This document shows, in pieces, positions 1-11,157 of a DNA stretch of 64,000 bases. Made by a program: the position numbers and the translations under genes. Location of the stretch: positions 2,304,001 through 2,368,000 of the forward strand of contig OZ253375.1 of the NCBI GenBank assembly GCA_965261005.1, written 5' to 3'. Source of the stretch: Deinococcus sp. (GTDB taxonomy: Bacteria > Deinococcota > Deinococci > Deinococcales > Deinococcaceae). Numbering within the stretch: the first letter of the stretch is position 1; every line of letters begins with the position of its first letter. A model generated the notes under the pieces. The model ran no database searches. It was not told the origin of the DNA and saw nothing but the letters and a program-made list of their open reading frames with translations.

Positions 1-537
1 GGCGCCCTCATTCTGCTGATGCTGGGAGCGCCGGTGCTGGCGCTGATCGCGGCGGCCGTTTTTCTTGACGATCCGGGCCGCGTCTTGTTCGTGCAGGAGC
101 GCGCGGGGCGCAACCACATCCCCTTCCGGATTTATAAATTCCGCACCATGCGCGAGGGCACTCCCTCCGTCTCCACAGAGGACCTGTTGCGCCTTGGGAT
201 CAGTCCCTATACCCGGCTTGGCCCCTGGCTGCGCCGCAGCAGCCTCGACGAGTTGCCACAGCTTCTGAACGTGCTGCGCGGCGAGATGAGCTTTGTCGGT
301 CCGCGTCCGGCCCTGACGTCACAAGATCGGGTGTTGCGGTTGCGAGCGCAGACTGGCGTGACGGCCCTGCGTCCAGGACTTACCGGCTTGGCGCAGGTTG
401 AGGGCCGTGACGACCTCGACGACCTCACCAAGGTCTTCAAAGACACCCGTTACTTGCATGCGGTGGGGTGGCAGACGGATATGCTCTTACTGGCCCGAAC
501 CCTGAGCGCGGTTCTGGGAGGCAAGGGGACGAAATGA
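1..537 (+). CDS. Sugar transferase (bacterial priming glycosyltransferase family), 5'-truncated by the window edge
   Basis: Motifs FRIYKFRTM, SLDELPQLLNVLRGEMSFVGPRP and PGLTGLAQV; the frame is open from base 1. Confidence 0.9.
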   Translation, partial: GALILLMLGAPVLALIAAAVFLDDPGRVLFVQERAGRNHIPFRIYKFRTMREGTPSVSTEDLLRLGISPYTRLGPWLRRSSLDELPQLLNVLRGEMSFVGPRPALTSQDRVLRLRAQTGVTALRPGLTGLAQVEGRDDLDDLTKVFKDTRYLHAVGWQTDMLLLARTLSAVLGGKGTK

Positions 538-592
538 ACACGCGATTTGTATACTTTGTCAACGGAGCCGGTTCGGCCGAAAGACAGAGCTT

Positions 593-2422
593 GTGAAAAA
601 GTTCGAGCGCCTGAAGTACGTTCTAGACGTACTGCTCTGGACCCTGGCCGCTCCCTTCGCGTTCTGGTTGCGCGTTGGCGAATCTCCTCTAGACGAGTGG
701 CGACACATGATGTTGTACGGATTGGGTGGCCTGCTGTTCAAGGCCAGCTTGGTGCTGTATTACCGGCTGCCCCAGCAAGCTTGGGGGCGAGTTGGCGTGC
801 GTGATCTGTATATCCTCGCCAGGGCGGTGGCCACTGGCACGCTGACGCTGCTCGCCGCCAGCTTTCTGCTCACCCCGCTGCTGTTCGTGCCGCGCAGTCT
901 GCCCATTATCGAGGGCGCCATTGCCCTGCTGCTGCTGGGCGGCGCGCGCGTGATCACGCGTACTTACAACGAGGGCCAGCGCCGCGGCTCCACCTTGAAT
1001 TCACGCCGTGTGCTGATCGTTGGGGCGGGGGAGGCGGGAACGCTTATTGCGCGCGAGATGCTGCGCCATCCCGAGGCGGGCCTCTTGCCGGTGGGCTTTC
1101 TCGACGACCGCGCCGACAAGCAGCGCCGCACCTTTGTGGGCTTGCCGGTCCTTGGCACGGTGACACAGCTGGTCGGCGTCGCGCATACGGCGAGGGCGAA
1201 CGAGGTGTTGATCGCGGTTCCGTCGGCGGCCGGACCGTTTGTGCGGCGGGTGGTGGACCTCGCGCGAGCGGCGGGCGTCGAGTACCGCATTATTCCCGGC
1301 ATGTTCGAAATTCTCAGCGGCCAAGTGTCCATGTCGCAGATTCGCAACGTGAACCTTGAAGACTTGCTGCGGCGCGAGCCGGTGCGCCTGAACACCGACG
1401 AGATCGCCGAGTACTTGCGCGGGCGGGTCGTGCTGGTCACGGGGGCGGGCGGCTCCATCGGCTCGGAGATCGTGCGCCAGATCGTGCGCTTCTCGCCGTC
1501 GTGCGTGCTGCTGCTCGGGCGCGGCGAAAACAGTATTTTTTCTATTCAGCAAGAGTTGCTGCGGGAATGGCCCGAGATCAAACAGGTCGCGCTGATCGGA
1601 GACGTCCGCGACCTTAGGCGGCTGCGGGCGGTGTTCGATACCTACCGCCCGGCGGTGGTCTTTCACGCGGCAGCCCACAAGCATGTGCCCCTGATGGAAC
1701 ACAACCCTTCCGAGGCGCTGCTCAACAACGTCGTCGGCACGCGCAACGTGGTGGACCTGTGTCTGGCCTACGGCGTGACGCGGTTGGTCAACATCTCCAC
1801 CGACAAGGCCGTGAACCCCACCTCGGTGATGGGCGCGACCAAGCGGATCGCCGAGATGATCGTCTCGTCGGCCGCGCAGCGGGCGCAGCCCCACCAAGCC
1901 TTTGTGTCGGTACGCTTCGGCAACGTCCTCGGCAGCCGGGGCAGCGTCGTGCCGATGTTCATGGACCAAATTCGCGCGGGCGGGCCGGTCACGGTCACGC
2001 ACCCCGAGATGCGCCGCTACTTCATGACCATTCCTGAGGCGGCGCGTCTCGTGTTGCAAGCGGGCGGCCTGGCTGAAAATGGCAAGGTTTACGTGCTGAA
2101 CATGGGTGAGCCGGTGCGCATCTCCGACCTCGCGCGCGACTTGATCCGCTTGTCGGGCGCCAGGGACATCGACGTGGTGTACAGCGGCACCCGGCCCGGC
2201 GAAAAGCTGTACGAGGAACTGCTGACCACCGGCGAACACGCGGGCGCCACCAGCCACCAGGAAATCTTCACGGCGCAACTGGAGCGCGTCGAGGCGGCCT
2301 ACATTCAGGCGCGGGTGACCGAACTCGAACAGCTCGCCCGCGACGGACACGCGGCGCAGGCCCGCGCGGCGCTGCACGCCTTGATTCCGGAAAGCAAGTT
2401 GCAGGGCTACGGCGAAAGTTAG
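593..2422 (+). CDS. Polysaccharide biosynthesis protein, CapD/PglF-like nucleoside-diphosphate sugar dehydratase
   Basis: N-terminal TM helices, then VGAGEAG, VLVTGAGGSIGSE, FHAAAHKHVP, STDKAVNP and VRFGNVLGSRGSV. Confidence 0.93.
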   Translation: MKKFERLKYVLDVLLWTLAAPFAFWLRVGESPLDEWRHMMLYGLGGLLFKASLVLYYRLPQQAWGRVGVRDLYILARAVATGTLTLLAASFLLTPLLFVPRSLPIIEGAIALLLLGGARVITRTYNEGQRRGSTLNSRRVLIVGAGEAGTLIAREMLRHPEAGLLPVGFLDDRADKQRRTFVGLPVLGTVTQLVGVAHTARANEVLIAVPSAAGPFVRRVVDLARAAGVEYRIIPGMFEILSGQVSMSQIRNVNLEDLLRREPVRLNTDEIAEYLRGRVVLVTGAGGSIGSEIVRQIVRFSPSCVLLLGRGENSIFSIQQELLREWPEIKQVALIGDVRDLRRLRAVFDTYRPAVVFHAAAHKHVPLMEHNPSEALLNNVVGTRNVVDLCLAYGVTRLVNISTDKAVNPTSVMGATKRIAEMIVSSAAQRAQPHQAFVSVRFGNVLGSRGSVVPMFMDQIRAGGPVTVTHPEMRRYFMTIPEAARLVLQAGGLAENGKVYVLNMGEPVRISDLARDLIRLSGARDIDVVYSGTRPGEKLYEELLTTGEHAGATSHQEIFTAQLERVEAAYIQARVTELEQLARDGHAAQARAALHALIPESKLQGYGES

Positions 2423-3267
2423 GGCTGAGCATCGGCGAGCGGCCGGAACGTCAGGCCGTCTATCAACAGGTTTCGGTCGGCGAGTTCGCGGTAGTAGCCG
2501 TTGGTATAGGCGAGGCTCACCGTCCCGGCGCCAGGAATCGGCACGTTGTGGTGTTGCTGGCCGCGCACCTCCCGCGAAAAGAGCTGCCGCCCCCCCTGCG
2601 TGATCTCGACGTGGGGGCCGAGACCACCGCCCACCTTGCCGAGCAGATCGAGGCGCGCCACGCCCGCGCCGCAGGCGTCGAAGGTCAGGCGCGCCGTGGT
2701 GTAGAGCGCCCCGTCCTGACCGTGCCACACGCCCAAATTGGGGGAAACTCGCGCGTTTCGCGTGCCCTGCGGGCAGGCGGCGGCGCCCTGCAAGCTGAGG
2801 CGCGTGATGTAGAGGGTGCGCCCGTCCGCCACGTAGAGATCGTTGGGAAATGAGACGCGTAGCGTGCCCGCACGGGGCACCTTGAGACGCAGTATTTGCG
2901 GCCCACGAATTTCTGTCTGCGCGACGCGCTCGGCGTCCAGATTGACCAGCAGCAGCGCCCCCCATCCCCGCACCACTGGGGCATTCACTTTGAATGTCAA
3001 CTCCCCTGCCTGACAGACGGTCATGACCAGTGAGGCGACCGTGACAAGTTTGCCGGAGCGGCCGTTCCACGTTCCTGCCGGCTCTACGGACCAGGGAACC
3101 AAGTGCGGTGGCGCCGCCGAGCAAGCTGCCAGCGGGGCGCTGCTGGACATGGCGGGCGGGGCCGGCAGCTTGCCCAGGCTCAGCCAAGCGGCGCTTCCGG
3201 CAGCGAGCAGCGCGACCACGCCGATGAGGCCGGACGTCCTATTTATGGCGTCACCTCGATTGGCCAC
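2419..3267 (-). CDS. Exported hypothetical protein with two tandem beta-rich domains; start is GTG 3267 or ATA 3246
   Basis: Hydrophobic N-terminal segment, Pro/Ser/Ala linker and two similar halves ending FPND..RTLYI and YTNG..DRNLLID. Confidence 0.7.
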   Translation of the reverse strand: MANRGDAINRTSGLIGVVALLAAGSAAWLSLGKLPAPPAMSSSAPLAACSAAPPHLVPWSVEPAGTWNGRSGKLVTVASLVMTVCQAGELTFKVNAPVVRGWGALLLVNLDAERVAQTEIRGPQILRLKVPRAGTLRVSFPNDLYVADGRTLYITRLSLQGAAACPQGTRNARVSPNLGVWHGQDGALYTTARLTFDACGAGVARLDLLGKVGGGLGPHVEITQGGRQLFSREVRGQQHHNVPIPGAGTVSLAYTNGYYRELADRNLLIDGLTFRPLADAQP

Positions 3268-4775
3268 GAGACCTGTCCCAGCGGCTTGAGCATCCAGGGC
3301 GTATTTTCGCCGCGCAACAGGCGCAGTTCCAGGCGCGGCGGCGCCGGATTCGGCAGGTCGCCGCTCAGGGTCTGCGCGGTGACCTCGCCGCCGCGCTGGG
3401 TCAAGTTGACGACTTGCAGGGTACGGCAGCTTTCGCCGCAGGCCCGCAGTTGCAGCCGGTAGTCCCCCCGTGGCAGGCTCAGGCCAACCCGCGCGAAGTA
3501 TAGTGCACCCTGGCGCCACACCGTCGGGGCGACCAGGGCTTCCAGCCGGACGCCGGCGACTTGTTCGGGCCGCCCCAAATTGGCCCACAGCGGAAAGGCG
3601 CACACGGCCAGCAGCGCCGCCCCCCACCACGGCGCGGCGGCGAGGTCGGCCCCCTCGGCGTCCGCGAAGCTTATGCCCATCAAAATCCAAAACACCTCGG
3701 CGAAAAAGGGGCTGGGTAACAGCGTCACGTTGTCGGTCAGGTTAGCGATCAGCAGCCCGAAGACGGCGGCGGTGGCGAAGGGTTCGCGCCGCCGCCACGT
3801 AGCGTACGTAGCGGCCCCCAGCAGTGCGAAGAAACCGAGCGTACCGATCAGGCCGGTTTCGCCCGCCTGCTGCATAAAAACGTTGTGCGCGATGACCCAA
3901 ACGCCGTTGAGGTTATCCAAAAAGGCTGGGCAAGTGAAGCCCCTGGCTTGCAGCGCGTCGAACCAGGTGCAACTTGGGCTGGGCGGAATCAGGCGAGGCC
4001 CCAGCAGGTAGCTGCCGACGCCGCCCAAAGGGTAGTGCGCCATCACCGAGAGGGTGTCGCTCCAAATCACGTCGCGGCCGGTGGTGTCGAGGTTGACGAC
4101 CCGCGCGAGTACGCTGTTCTCGGCGACACCGGACCAAGCCAGGGCGAGGGTCAGGGCGACCAGCCCGCCGAGACCAAGCAGCAGCCGCCGCGAGTGAACG
4201 GCCAGGATCAGCAGCGCGCCGACCAGCGCCATCAGCATCGACCCGCGGCTGCCGCTGAGCAGCAGCGTCCCGAGGCCCAGCAGGCCCAGGGGTAGGCGCC
4301 AAGCGGGGCGTTTCCCGTGCGCGGCCAGCGCAATCCACCCCCCAAAGGCGCCGGCGATTCCGAGCGAGGTGGCCGTGTAGTACGGGTGCGTCAGGCGAAA
4401 CGAAAGGAGATCGCTGCCCACCAGATTGAGCGCGCCGAACAGCGCGACGGCGTACACCGCGACTAACCCAAAGGCCAGTGGGTACAGCCGCGCGGCTTGC
4501 CGCAGCCGCGCGCCCAGTCCAATCAACCCGAACATCAGCAGGGTGCGCGCGCCTGCCAGCGCGAGGGCCGGCCAGGGCTGCGGCGTCAGCAGGGACGCGA
4601 GAAGCTGCGTGGCGGCGTAGATGGCCAGCAGCCAGCGCACGGCCGAACTCAGGCGTGCGAGGTCGCGCAATCCGAGCAGCGCGAGCGGCGAGAGGACGGG
4701 TAGGGCGGGCAAGAGCGCCAGCCAAAGGCCCCACCACCTCTCGCTGCGAGCAGCTTTGACGGCAAAAAATGTCAC
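3243..4775 (-). CDS. O-antigen ligase-family (Wzy_C) membrane protein
   Basis: Multiple TM helices, LSGSRGS, GRDVIW and AHNVFMQQAGETGLIG; TAGACT -10 box 7 nt before GTG 4775. Confidence 0.85.
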   Translation of the reverse strand: MTFFAVKAARSERWWGLWLALLPALPVLSPLALLGLRDLARLSSAVRWLLAIYAATQLLASLLTPQPWPALALAGARTLLMFGLIGLGARLRQAARLYPLAFGLVAVYAVALFGALNLVGSDLLSFRLTHPYYTATSLGIAGAFGGWIALAAHGKRPAWRLPLGLLGLGTLLLSGSRGSMLMALVGALLILAVHSRRLLLGLGGLVALTLALAWSGVAENSVLARVVNLDTTGRDVIWSDTLSVMAHYPLGGVGSYLLGPRLIPPSPSCTWFDALQARGFTCPAFLDNLNGVWVIAHNVFMQQAGETGLIGTLGFFALLGAATYATWRRREPFATAAVFGLLIANLTDNVTLLPSPFFAEVFWILMGISFADAEGADLAAAPWWGAALLAVCAFPLWANLGRPEQVAGVRLEALVAPTVWRQGALYFARVGLSLPRGDYRLQLRACGESCRTLQVVNLTQRGGEVTAQTLSGDLPNPAPPRLELRLLRGENTPWMLKPLGQVSWPIEVTP

Positions 4776-4803
4776 GCCCGGCAGTCTAGCGCCCGTGACG
4801 TGA

Positions 4804-4912
<109 letters not shown>

Positions 4913-5013
4913 AGAGGTCTGGCCGCCACGCTGCAAGAGTGCAGCCGTTGGGCACGGGGGAATGATAGCGGGCGCGGGGGGGGGCGTCAACACGCCGCCC
5001 GCGCCCCCACAAT

Positions 5014-6420
5014 TCAGGCGTGAATGGTCCGCTTTTCCACGCCCAGGGCCGCCTCCTTAACCACCTCGGACAGGGTGGGATGGGCGTGGACGGTGCGGCC
5101 CAAATCTTCCGAGCTGCCGCCGAACTCCATCACGGCGACCGTCTCGCCGATCAGTTCCGAGACGCCGGGACCGATCATGTGGACGCCCAGAATACGGTCG
5201 GTCCCCGCGTCGGCCACGATCTTGACGAAGCCCCGGGTGTCGCCGTGCCCCGCCGCGCGCCCGTTGGCGCTGAAGGGGAACTGGCCGGTCTTGACCTCCA
5301 ACCCCTGCTCTTTCGCCTGCGCCTCGGTCAGGCCCGCCCAAGCGATTTCGGGCGAGGTGTAGATCACCCACGGCACCACGTCGTAGTTGACGTGGCCCGC
5401 CTGGCCCGCGATCAGCTCGGCCACCGCCACGCCCTCCTCCTCGGCCTTGTGGGCCAGCATGGCGCCGCCGATCACGTCGCCGACGGCGTAGACGTTCGGC
5501 AAGTTGGTCTGGTAGCGCCCGTCCACCTCGATAAAGCCGCGCCCGTCGAGCTTCAGGCCAACCTCCCCCACGCCCAGGCCCCGCGTGTTGGGCACCCGGC
5601 CGATGGCGACGATCAGCTTGTCAAACTCGGCCGCCTGCTTTTGCTCGCCGTCCAGGTACGTCACCGTGACGCCCTGACCCGTCTGCTCGACCCGCTCGAT
5701 CTTGACGCCGAAGTGAAAGTCGAGGCCCTGCTTCTGAAACTGCTTGAGCGCCTCCCTGCTGACGGCCGGGTCGGCGGCCTGTAAAAAGCCCGGCAGCGCC
5801 TCCAGCACCGTCACCCGCGCGCCCAAGCGGCGCCACACGCTGCCCAGCTCCACGCCGATCACGCCCGCCCCGACGATGCCGAGCCTTCCCGGCACCTCCG
5901 TAAAGGTCAGCGCGCCCGCGTTGTCCACGACATTGTCGCCAAAATCCACTCCCGGCAGGGGGCGCGGGTTGGCCCCCGTCGCCAGGATCACGTTCTTGGC
6001 GGCGACCTCCTGATCGCCCACGGCGACGATCCAGCTCTCGCCGTCTTGCCGCACCAAACGTCCGGTGCCGTGCAAGCTCGCCACCTTGTTCTTCTTGAAC
6101 AGGTAGCTCACGCCGCCGCTCATCTTGTCCACCACGGCCTCTTTGCGCGCCAGCATCTTGGCGAGGTCCATTTTGGCGCCCGCCACCTCGATGCCGTGCC
6201 CCGCGAGTTCGTCCTGGACCATCTCGAACTTCTCGCTGGAGTCGAGCAGCGCCTTGGAGGGAATGCAGCCCACGTTCAAACAGGTACCGCCCAAGCTGGG
6301 CTTGCCCTCCCGCTCGAAGTCGTCCACGCAGGCGGTCCCCAGGCCAAGCTGCGCCGCCCGAATGGCCGCCACGTACCCGGCCGGCCCGCCGCCGATCACC
6401 ACAACGTCATACGTATCCAC
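5014..6420 (-). CDS. lpdA: Dihydrolipoyl dehydrogenase
   Basis: [30 protein letters not shown] and [14 protein letters not shown] 7 nt before GTG. Confidence 0.95.
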   Translation of the reverse strand: MDTYDVVVIGGGPAGYVAAIRAAQLGLGTACVDDFEREGKPSLGGTCLNVGCIPSKALLDSSEKFEMVQDELAGHGIEVAGAKMDLAKMLARKEAVVDKMSGGVSYLFKKNKVASLHGTGRLVRQDGESWIVAVGDQEVAAKNVILATGANPRPLPGVDFGDNVVDNAGALTFTEVPGRLGIVGAGVIGVELGSVWRRLGARVTVLEALPGFLQAADPAVSREALKQFQKQGLDFHFGVKIERVEQTGQGVTVTYLDGEQKQAAEFDKLIVAIGRVPNTRGLGVGEVGLKLDGRGFIEVDGRYQTNLPNVYAVGDVIGGAMLAHKAEEEGVAVAELIAGQAGHVNYDVVPWVIYTSPEIAWAGLTEAQAKEQGLEVKTGQFPFSANGRAAGHGDTRGFVKIVADAGTDRILGVHMIGPGVSELIGETVAVMEFGGSSEDLGRTVHAHPTLSEVVKEAALGVEKRTIHA

Positions 6421-6501
6421 ACTGGGGATTGTAATGCTGAAGCGTGGCGTCAATAGGGCTGGGGGTCAGCATAGGGCGTTCGTTCGTATTACCCTGAGGA
6501 C

Positions 6502-7539
6502 ATGAAAGTTCTCGTAACGGGCGGCGCCGGCTACGTTGGCAGCGCGGTGTGTTCGGCCCTCGAAGACGCCGGGCACACGCCCATCGTGCTCGACTCGCTG
6601 GTCACGGGCAAGCGGGCCTTTACCTGCGGGCGAATCTTTTACGAGGGGGACATCGCCGACCGCGCCTTGCTGACGCAGTTGCTCAGCGAGCATCCTACTG
6701 TGGCCTGCACTATTCACTGTGCGGCCCTGATCGTGGTGCCCGAGTCGCTGAGCGAGCCATACCGTTACTACCACGAGAACGTCGTGAAGAGCCTGGAGCT
6801 GTTCAAGAACTTGGTGGACCTCGGCCAGACGCGCTTGGTGTTCAGCTCCAGCGCCAGCATCTACGGCGCTTCCGCAGACTTTTGCGTGACTGAGGACAGC
6901 CCGCTATACCCGCAAAGCCCCTACGCGCGCACGAAGTTCGTGATGGAGCTGATGCTGGAGGATCTCTGCCAGGCGACGCCCCTGCGCGCCATCGCCCTGC
7001 GCTACTTCAACCCCATTGGGACGGACCCGCAACTCCGCAGCGGGCTGCACGTGGAGGCGCCCTCGCACATACTGGGCAAGCTGGTGGACGTGGCGCGCGG
7101 ACGTCTGCCGCTGTTCGAGATCACCGGCACGGATTGGCCCACCCGCGACGGCAGCGGCATTCGCGATTACGTTCACCTGTGGGACCTCGCGCGGGCGCAT
7201 GTGCGGGCCGTCGAGGACTTCGATCAAGCTTTTGAACGCGCTCAGGCGCACGGCGTCGCGGGTAGCTACCTGGTGGTCAACCTTGGCACCGGCATTGGCG
7301 TGACGGTCAAGGAATTGGTGGCCGCCTTCGAACGGGTGAGCGGCCAAGCGCTGCCCCAGCGTGAGGCGCCGCCGCGTCCCGGCGACGTGGTCGGCGCCTA
7401 CGCCAGCATCAAGCGCGCCCGCGACCTGCTGAACTGGACGCCACAGCTCACGACCGACGAGGCGATCAGCACGGCGCTGGCGTGGGACGAGCGCAAAGCG
7501 TGGGTGCTGGGCGAGGAGACGACCAGTCCCAACAGCTGA
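6502..7539 (+). CDS. galE: UDP-glucose 4-epimerase
   Basis: VTGGAGYVGS, FSSSASIYG, YARTK, LRYFNPIG and DGSGIRDYVH. Confidence 0.9.
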   Translation: MKVLVTGGAGYVGSAVCSALEDAGHTPIVLDSLVTGKRAFTCGRIFYEGDIADRALLTQLLSEHPTVACTIHCAALIVVPESLSEPYRYYHENVVKSLELFKNLVDLGQTRLVFSSSASIYGASADFCVTEDSPLYPQSPYARTKFVMELMLEDLCQATPLRAIALRYFNPIGTDPQLRSGLHVEAPSHILGKLVDVARGRLPLFEITGTDWPTRDGSGIRDYVHLWDLARAHVRAVEDFDQAFERAQAHGVAGSYLVVNLGTGIGVTVKELVAAFERVSGQALPQREAPPRPGDVVGAYASIKRARDLLNWTPQLTTDEAISTALAWDERKAWVLGEETTSPNS

Positions 7540-7542
7540 CCC

Positions 7543-8823
<1,281 letters not shown>

Positions 8824-8866
8824 GAGCTTCACTGTACAGCGCGCCGGCTGAGCTTCACCATGGCGC

Positions 8867-9070
8867 TCAGGCCTTTTTTAGCGCGTCCGCCGTGTGGGCC
8901 GCGCGCTTGCCGTCGTCCGTCTCGACGATGTAGCGGGGATCGTCCTTGCTCGCCTTGTAGTGGAAGCCCTCAATCTCGCCGTCCTCATGGGCCACCTTCA
9001 CGACCTTGCCCTCGGCCTCGCCGCCGTGGCTGTTCCACCTCACCTTGTCACCCTTTTTAAAATCACTCAT
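8867..9070 (-). CDS. DUF2945/HVA1-like small protein
   Basis: [44 protein letters not shown] pattern. Confidence 0.8.
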   Translation of the reverse strand: MSDFKKGDKVRWNSHGGEAEGKVVKVAHEDGEIEGFHYKASKDDPRYIVETDDGKRAAHTADALKKA

Positions 9071-9813
9071 GTCAGCGCTCCTTTCAGCGTGTGGCCGGTC
9101 CAGTGCAGCAAGTGCCTGGTCACCTCTTTCGGAATTTCCAGCGGCAGCAGGTGGCCGCTGCCCTCCAGGATCTCGTACTGCGCGCCGGCGAAGTACGGCA
9201 CCACCTGGCCCTCGATCACGTCCAGGCTCATCACCGGGTCCTGGCGCGAGGCGAGCAGCAGGGTCGGCACGTTGATCTGCCCCGCCTGCCCGCCGATGTC
9301 CTCGCGGCTGCCGGCGTCGAGCCAGGCGTTCCAGGCGGCTTGACTGGCGCGCAGCCCGTCCTGCACCAGGTTCTCGCGGTCGCGCTCATCCAAAGCTTCG
9401 CGGGTGATGCCCGCGTAGAAGTTTTCCAGCGCCTGCCTGTCGCCATACGCCGCGCGCAGCCTTTCGCGGCCCTCATTCGTCATCGGCTCGGGGGTCGGGG
9501 GCGAGGGGGCCACCAGCGCGAGGCCGATTAACCCCGGTGGGCGGCGGCTGGCCAGCGAGGCGGCCACCTTGGCGCCCATGGAGTGCCCGACCAGCACGAA
9601 GTCGTGGACGTGGGCGCGCCCGATGTCCCGCGCCACCGCGTCCGCCATCTGGGCGACGCCGTAGCCCGCTTGCCCCGCGCTGGCGCCGAAACCGGGCAAG
9701 TCGGGGTGCAGCGCGCGGGCGCCGCTGAGGTCCTCGGCGACGTGCCGCCACACCTGGCTGGACGTGCCGAAGCCGTGCAGCAGCACAAAGGTCGGTTCGG
9801 TGGGAAAGGTCAT
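9067..9813 (-). CDS. Alpha/beta fold hydrolase
   Basis: LLHGFG, DLPGFG, nucleophile elbow GHSMG and C-terminal GH. Confidence 0.9.
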   Translation of the reverse strand: MTFPTEPTFVLLHGFGTSSQVWRHVAEDLSGARALHPDLPGFGASAGQAGYGVAQMADAVARDIGRAHVHDFVLVGHSMGAKVAASLASRRPPGLIGLALVAPSPPTPEPMTNEGRERLRAAYGDRQALENFYAGITREALDERDRENLVQDGLRASQAAWNAWLDAGSREDIGGQAGQINVPTLLLASRQDPVMSLDVIEGQVVPYFAGAQYEILEGSGHLLPLEIPKEVTRHLLHWTGHTLKGALT

Positions 9814-9894
9814 GCGTCATTTTCAGGGGCGCGGCGCAGAGGGCAGAGAGGGGAGGGCCAAGAAAGCTTGAGAATGGGATACAACAAAGGGCAG

Positions 9895-11091
9895 ATGCCC
9901 ATTCACAGCGACCTCGCCGCCGATCCCACGGCGCGCCTGCTGCCCAGCTACGTCGGGCGCGGCCTGCTCAACCTGAGCGCCTCGGTCGCCCAGCACCTCG
10001 GCCTGGACACCGGGCACGCTCCCTTCGTCCCGCCGCTGCCGTTTGACGGGGCCGAGACGGTCGTGCTGTTGGTGGTGGACGGCTTGGGTCACTTTCAGCT
10101 GAGGCGTCACCTCGAACGCGGCGATTTGCCCAATTTGGCGGGCTTGCTCAGCTCCGGCGAGGCCGGCTACAGCACCGCCACGGCCAGCCTGCCGTCCTCG
10201 ACCATGATCTCGCTGACCACCTTGCACACCGGCGCGTCCCCGGCCCAGCACGGCTGGCTGGGCACCTCCGTGTATTGGCGCGGGACGGTCGCGGACGTGC
10301 TGCGCCAGCGCGACCTGCTCGGGAACGCGCCGCTGGAGGACCCGCGCGGCCTGATCGCGGTTCCCTCGCTGTACCGCCGCCTGAGCGGCGTGGGCGTTGC
10401 CAGCGCGGTGCTGTTTCCGCGTGAGTACCAGGGCAGCTTTCTAAACACCTGGTACAACGACGGCGCGCGGACAATTCCTTACCTGACGCCCACGACGCTG
10501 CCGAGCTTGCTGGCTGAGGCGGTCGCGTCTGGACCATCCCGTTACCTGAACGCCTACTGGCCGGGCTACGACAGCGTCTGCCACCGTTACGGCCCGGATT
10601 CCGTACAGGCAACCGACGAGGTCGCGGCGGTGGACTCAGCCTTGGGGAGAATGCTCAAGCAACTTCCCAGGAACGGCAAGACGCTGCTGCTGATCACCGC
10701 CGACCACGGGCACAGCGACATGAATTCACATGAGGTCGTGCGGCTGGACGAGGACGCGGCCCTGGTGGACGCCCTGAGCGCGCCGCCCGCCGGCGAGGAG
10801 GGCGTGCGCTTTCTCAAGGTCAAACTGGGCCGGGCGGGGGAGGTGGCCGAGCGTCTGGCTCCTGACGCCGACGTGATCTCCAGCGCGAGAGCTTGGGAAA
10901 CCGGCCTGTTCGGCGGGCCACCCGCGCAGGCCGGGTTTCTGGAGCACACCGGCGACCTGATCGCCGTCGCCCATCCGGGGCGCCAGCTGCTGTGGGCCTA
11001 CGGCGAGGCGCCGCCCCACGTCTACCGGGGCTTGCACGGCAGCTGGTCGGCGCGGAACATGCTGACACCCGTGATCTCGCTGCGGGTATGA
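9895..11091 (+). CDS. Alkaline phosphatase superfamily / nucleotide pyrophosphatase-phosphodiesterase
   Basis: LLVVDGLG, PSST, D..CH.YGP, TADHGH and GLHGS. Confidence 0.85.
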   Translation: MPIHSDLAADPTARLLPSYVGRGLLNLSASVAQHLGLDTGHAPFVPPLPFDGAETVVLLVVDGLGHFQLRRHLERGDLPNLAGLLSSGEAGYSTATASLPSSTMISLTTLHTGASPAQHGWLGTSVYWRGTVADVLRQRDLLGNAPLEDPRGLIAVPSLYRRLSGVGVASAVLFPREYQGSFLNTWYNDGARTIPYLTPTTLPSLLAEAVASGPSRYLNAYWPGYDSVCHRYGPDSVQATDEVAAVDSALGRMLKQLPRNGKTLLLITADHGHSDMNSHEVVRLDEDAALVDALSAPPAGEEGVRFLKVKLGRAGEVAERLAPDADVISSARAWETGLFGGPPAQAGFLEHTGDLIAVAHPGRQLLWAYGEAPPHVYRGLHGSWSARNMLTPVISLRV

Positions 11092-11119
11092 CCGCGGGCA
11101 AGCGACCTCGGTCTTTTCA

Positions 11120-11154
11120 CCCTCCCCACCTGAGGGGGAGGGCCGGGGTGGGGG
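11120..11154. repeat. REP-like GC hairpin repeat between convergent genes
   Basis: CCCTCCCC-acctgag-GGGGAGGG followed by CCGGGGTGGGGG; a related copy lies at 56026-56087. Confidence 0.55.
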
Positions 11155-11157
11155 ATC

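Noticed and set aside
1001..3187. 728-aa minus-strand ORF, and similar long ORFs at 21855-23702, 25174-26982, 36203-38719 and 13718-15616
   Set aside because: Antisense shadows of well-supported genes in high-GC DNA, with no recognisable motifs
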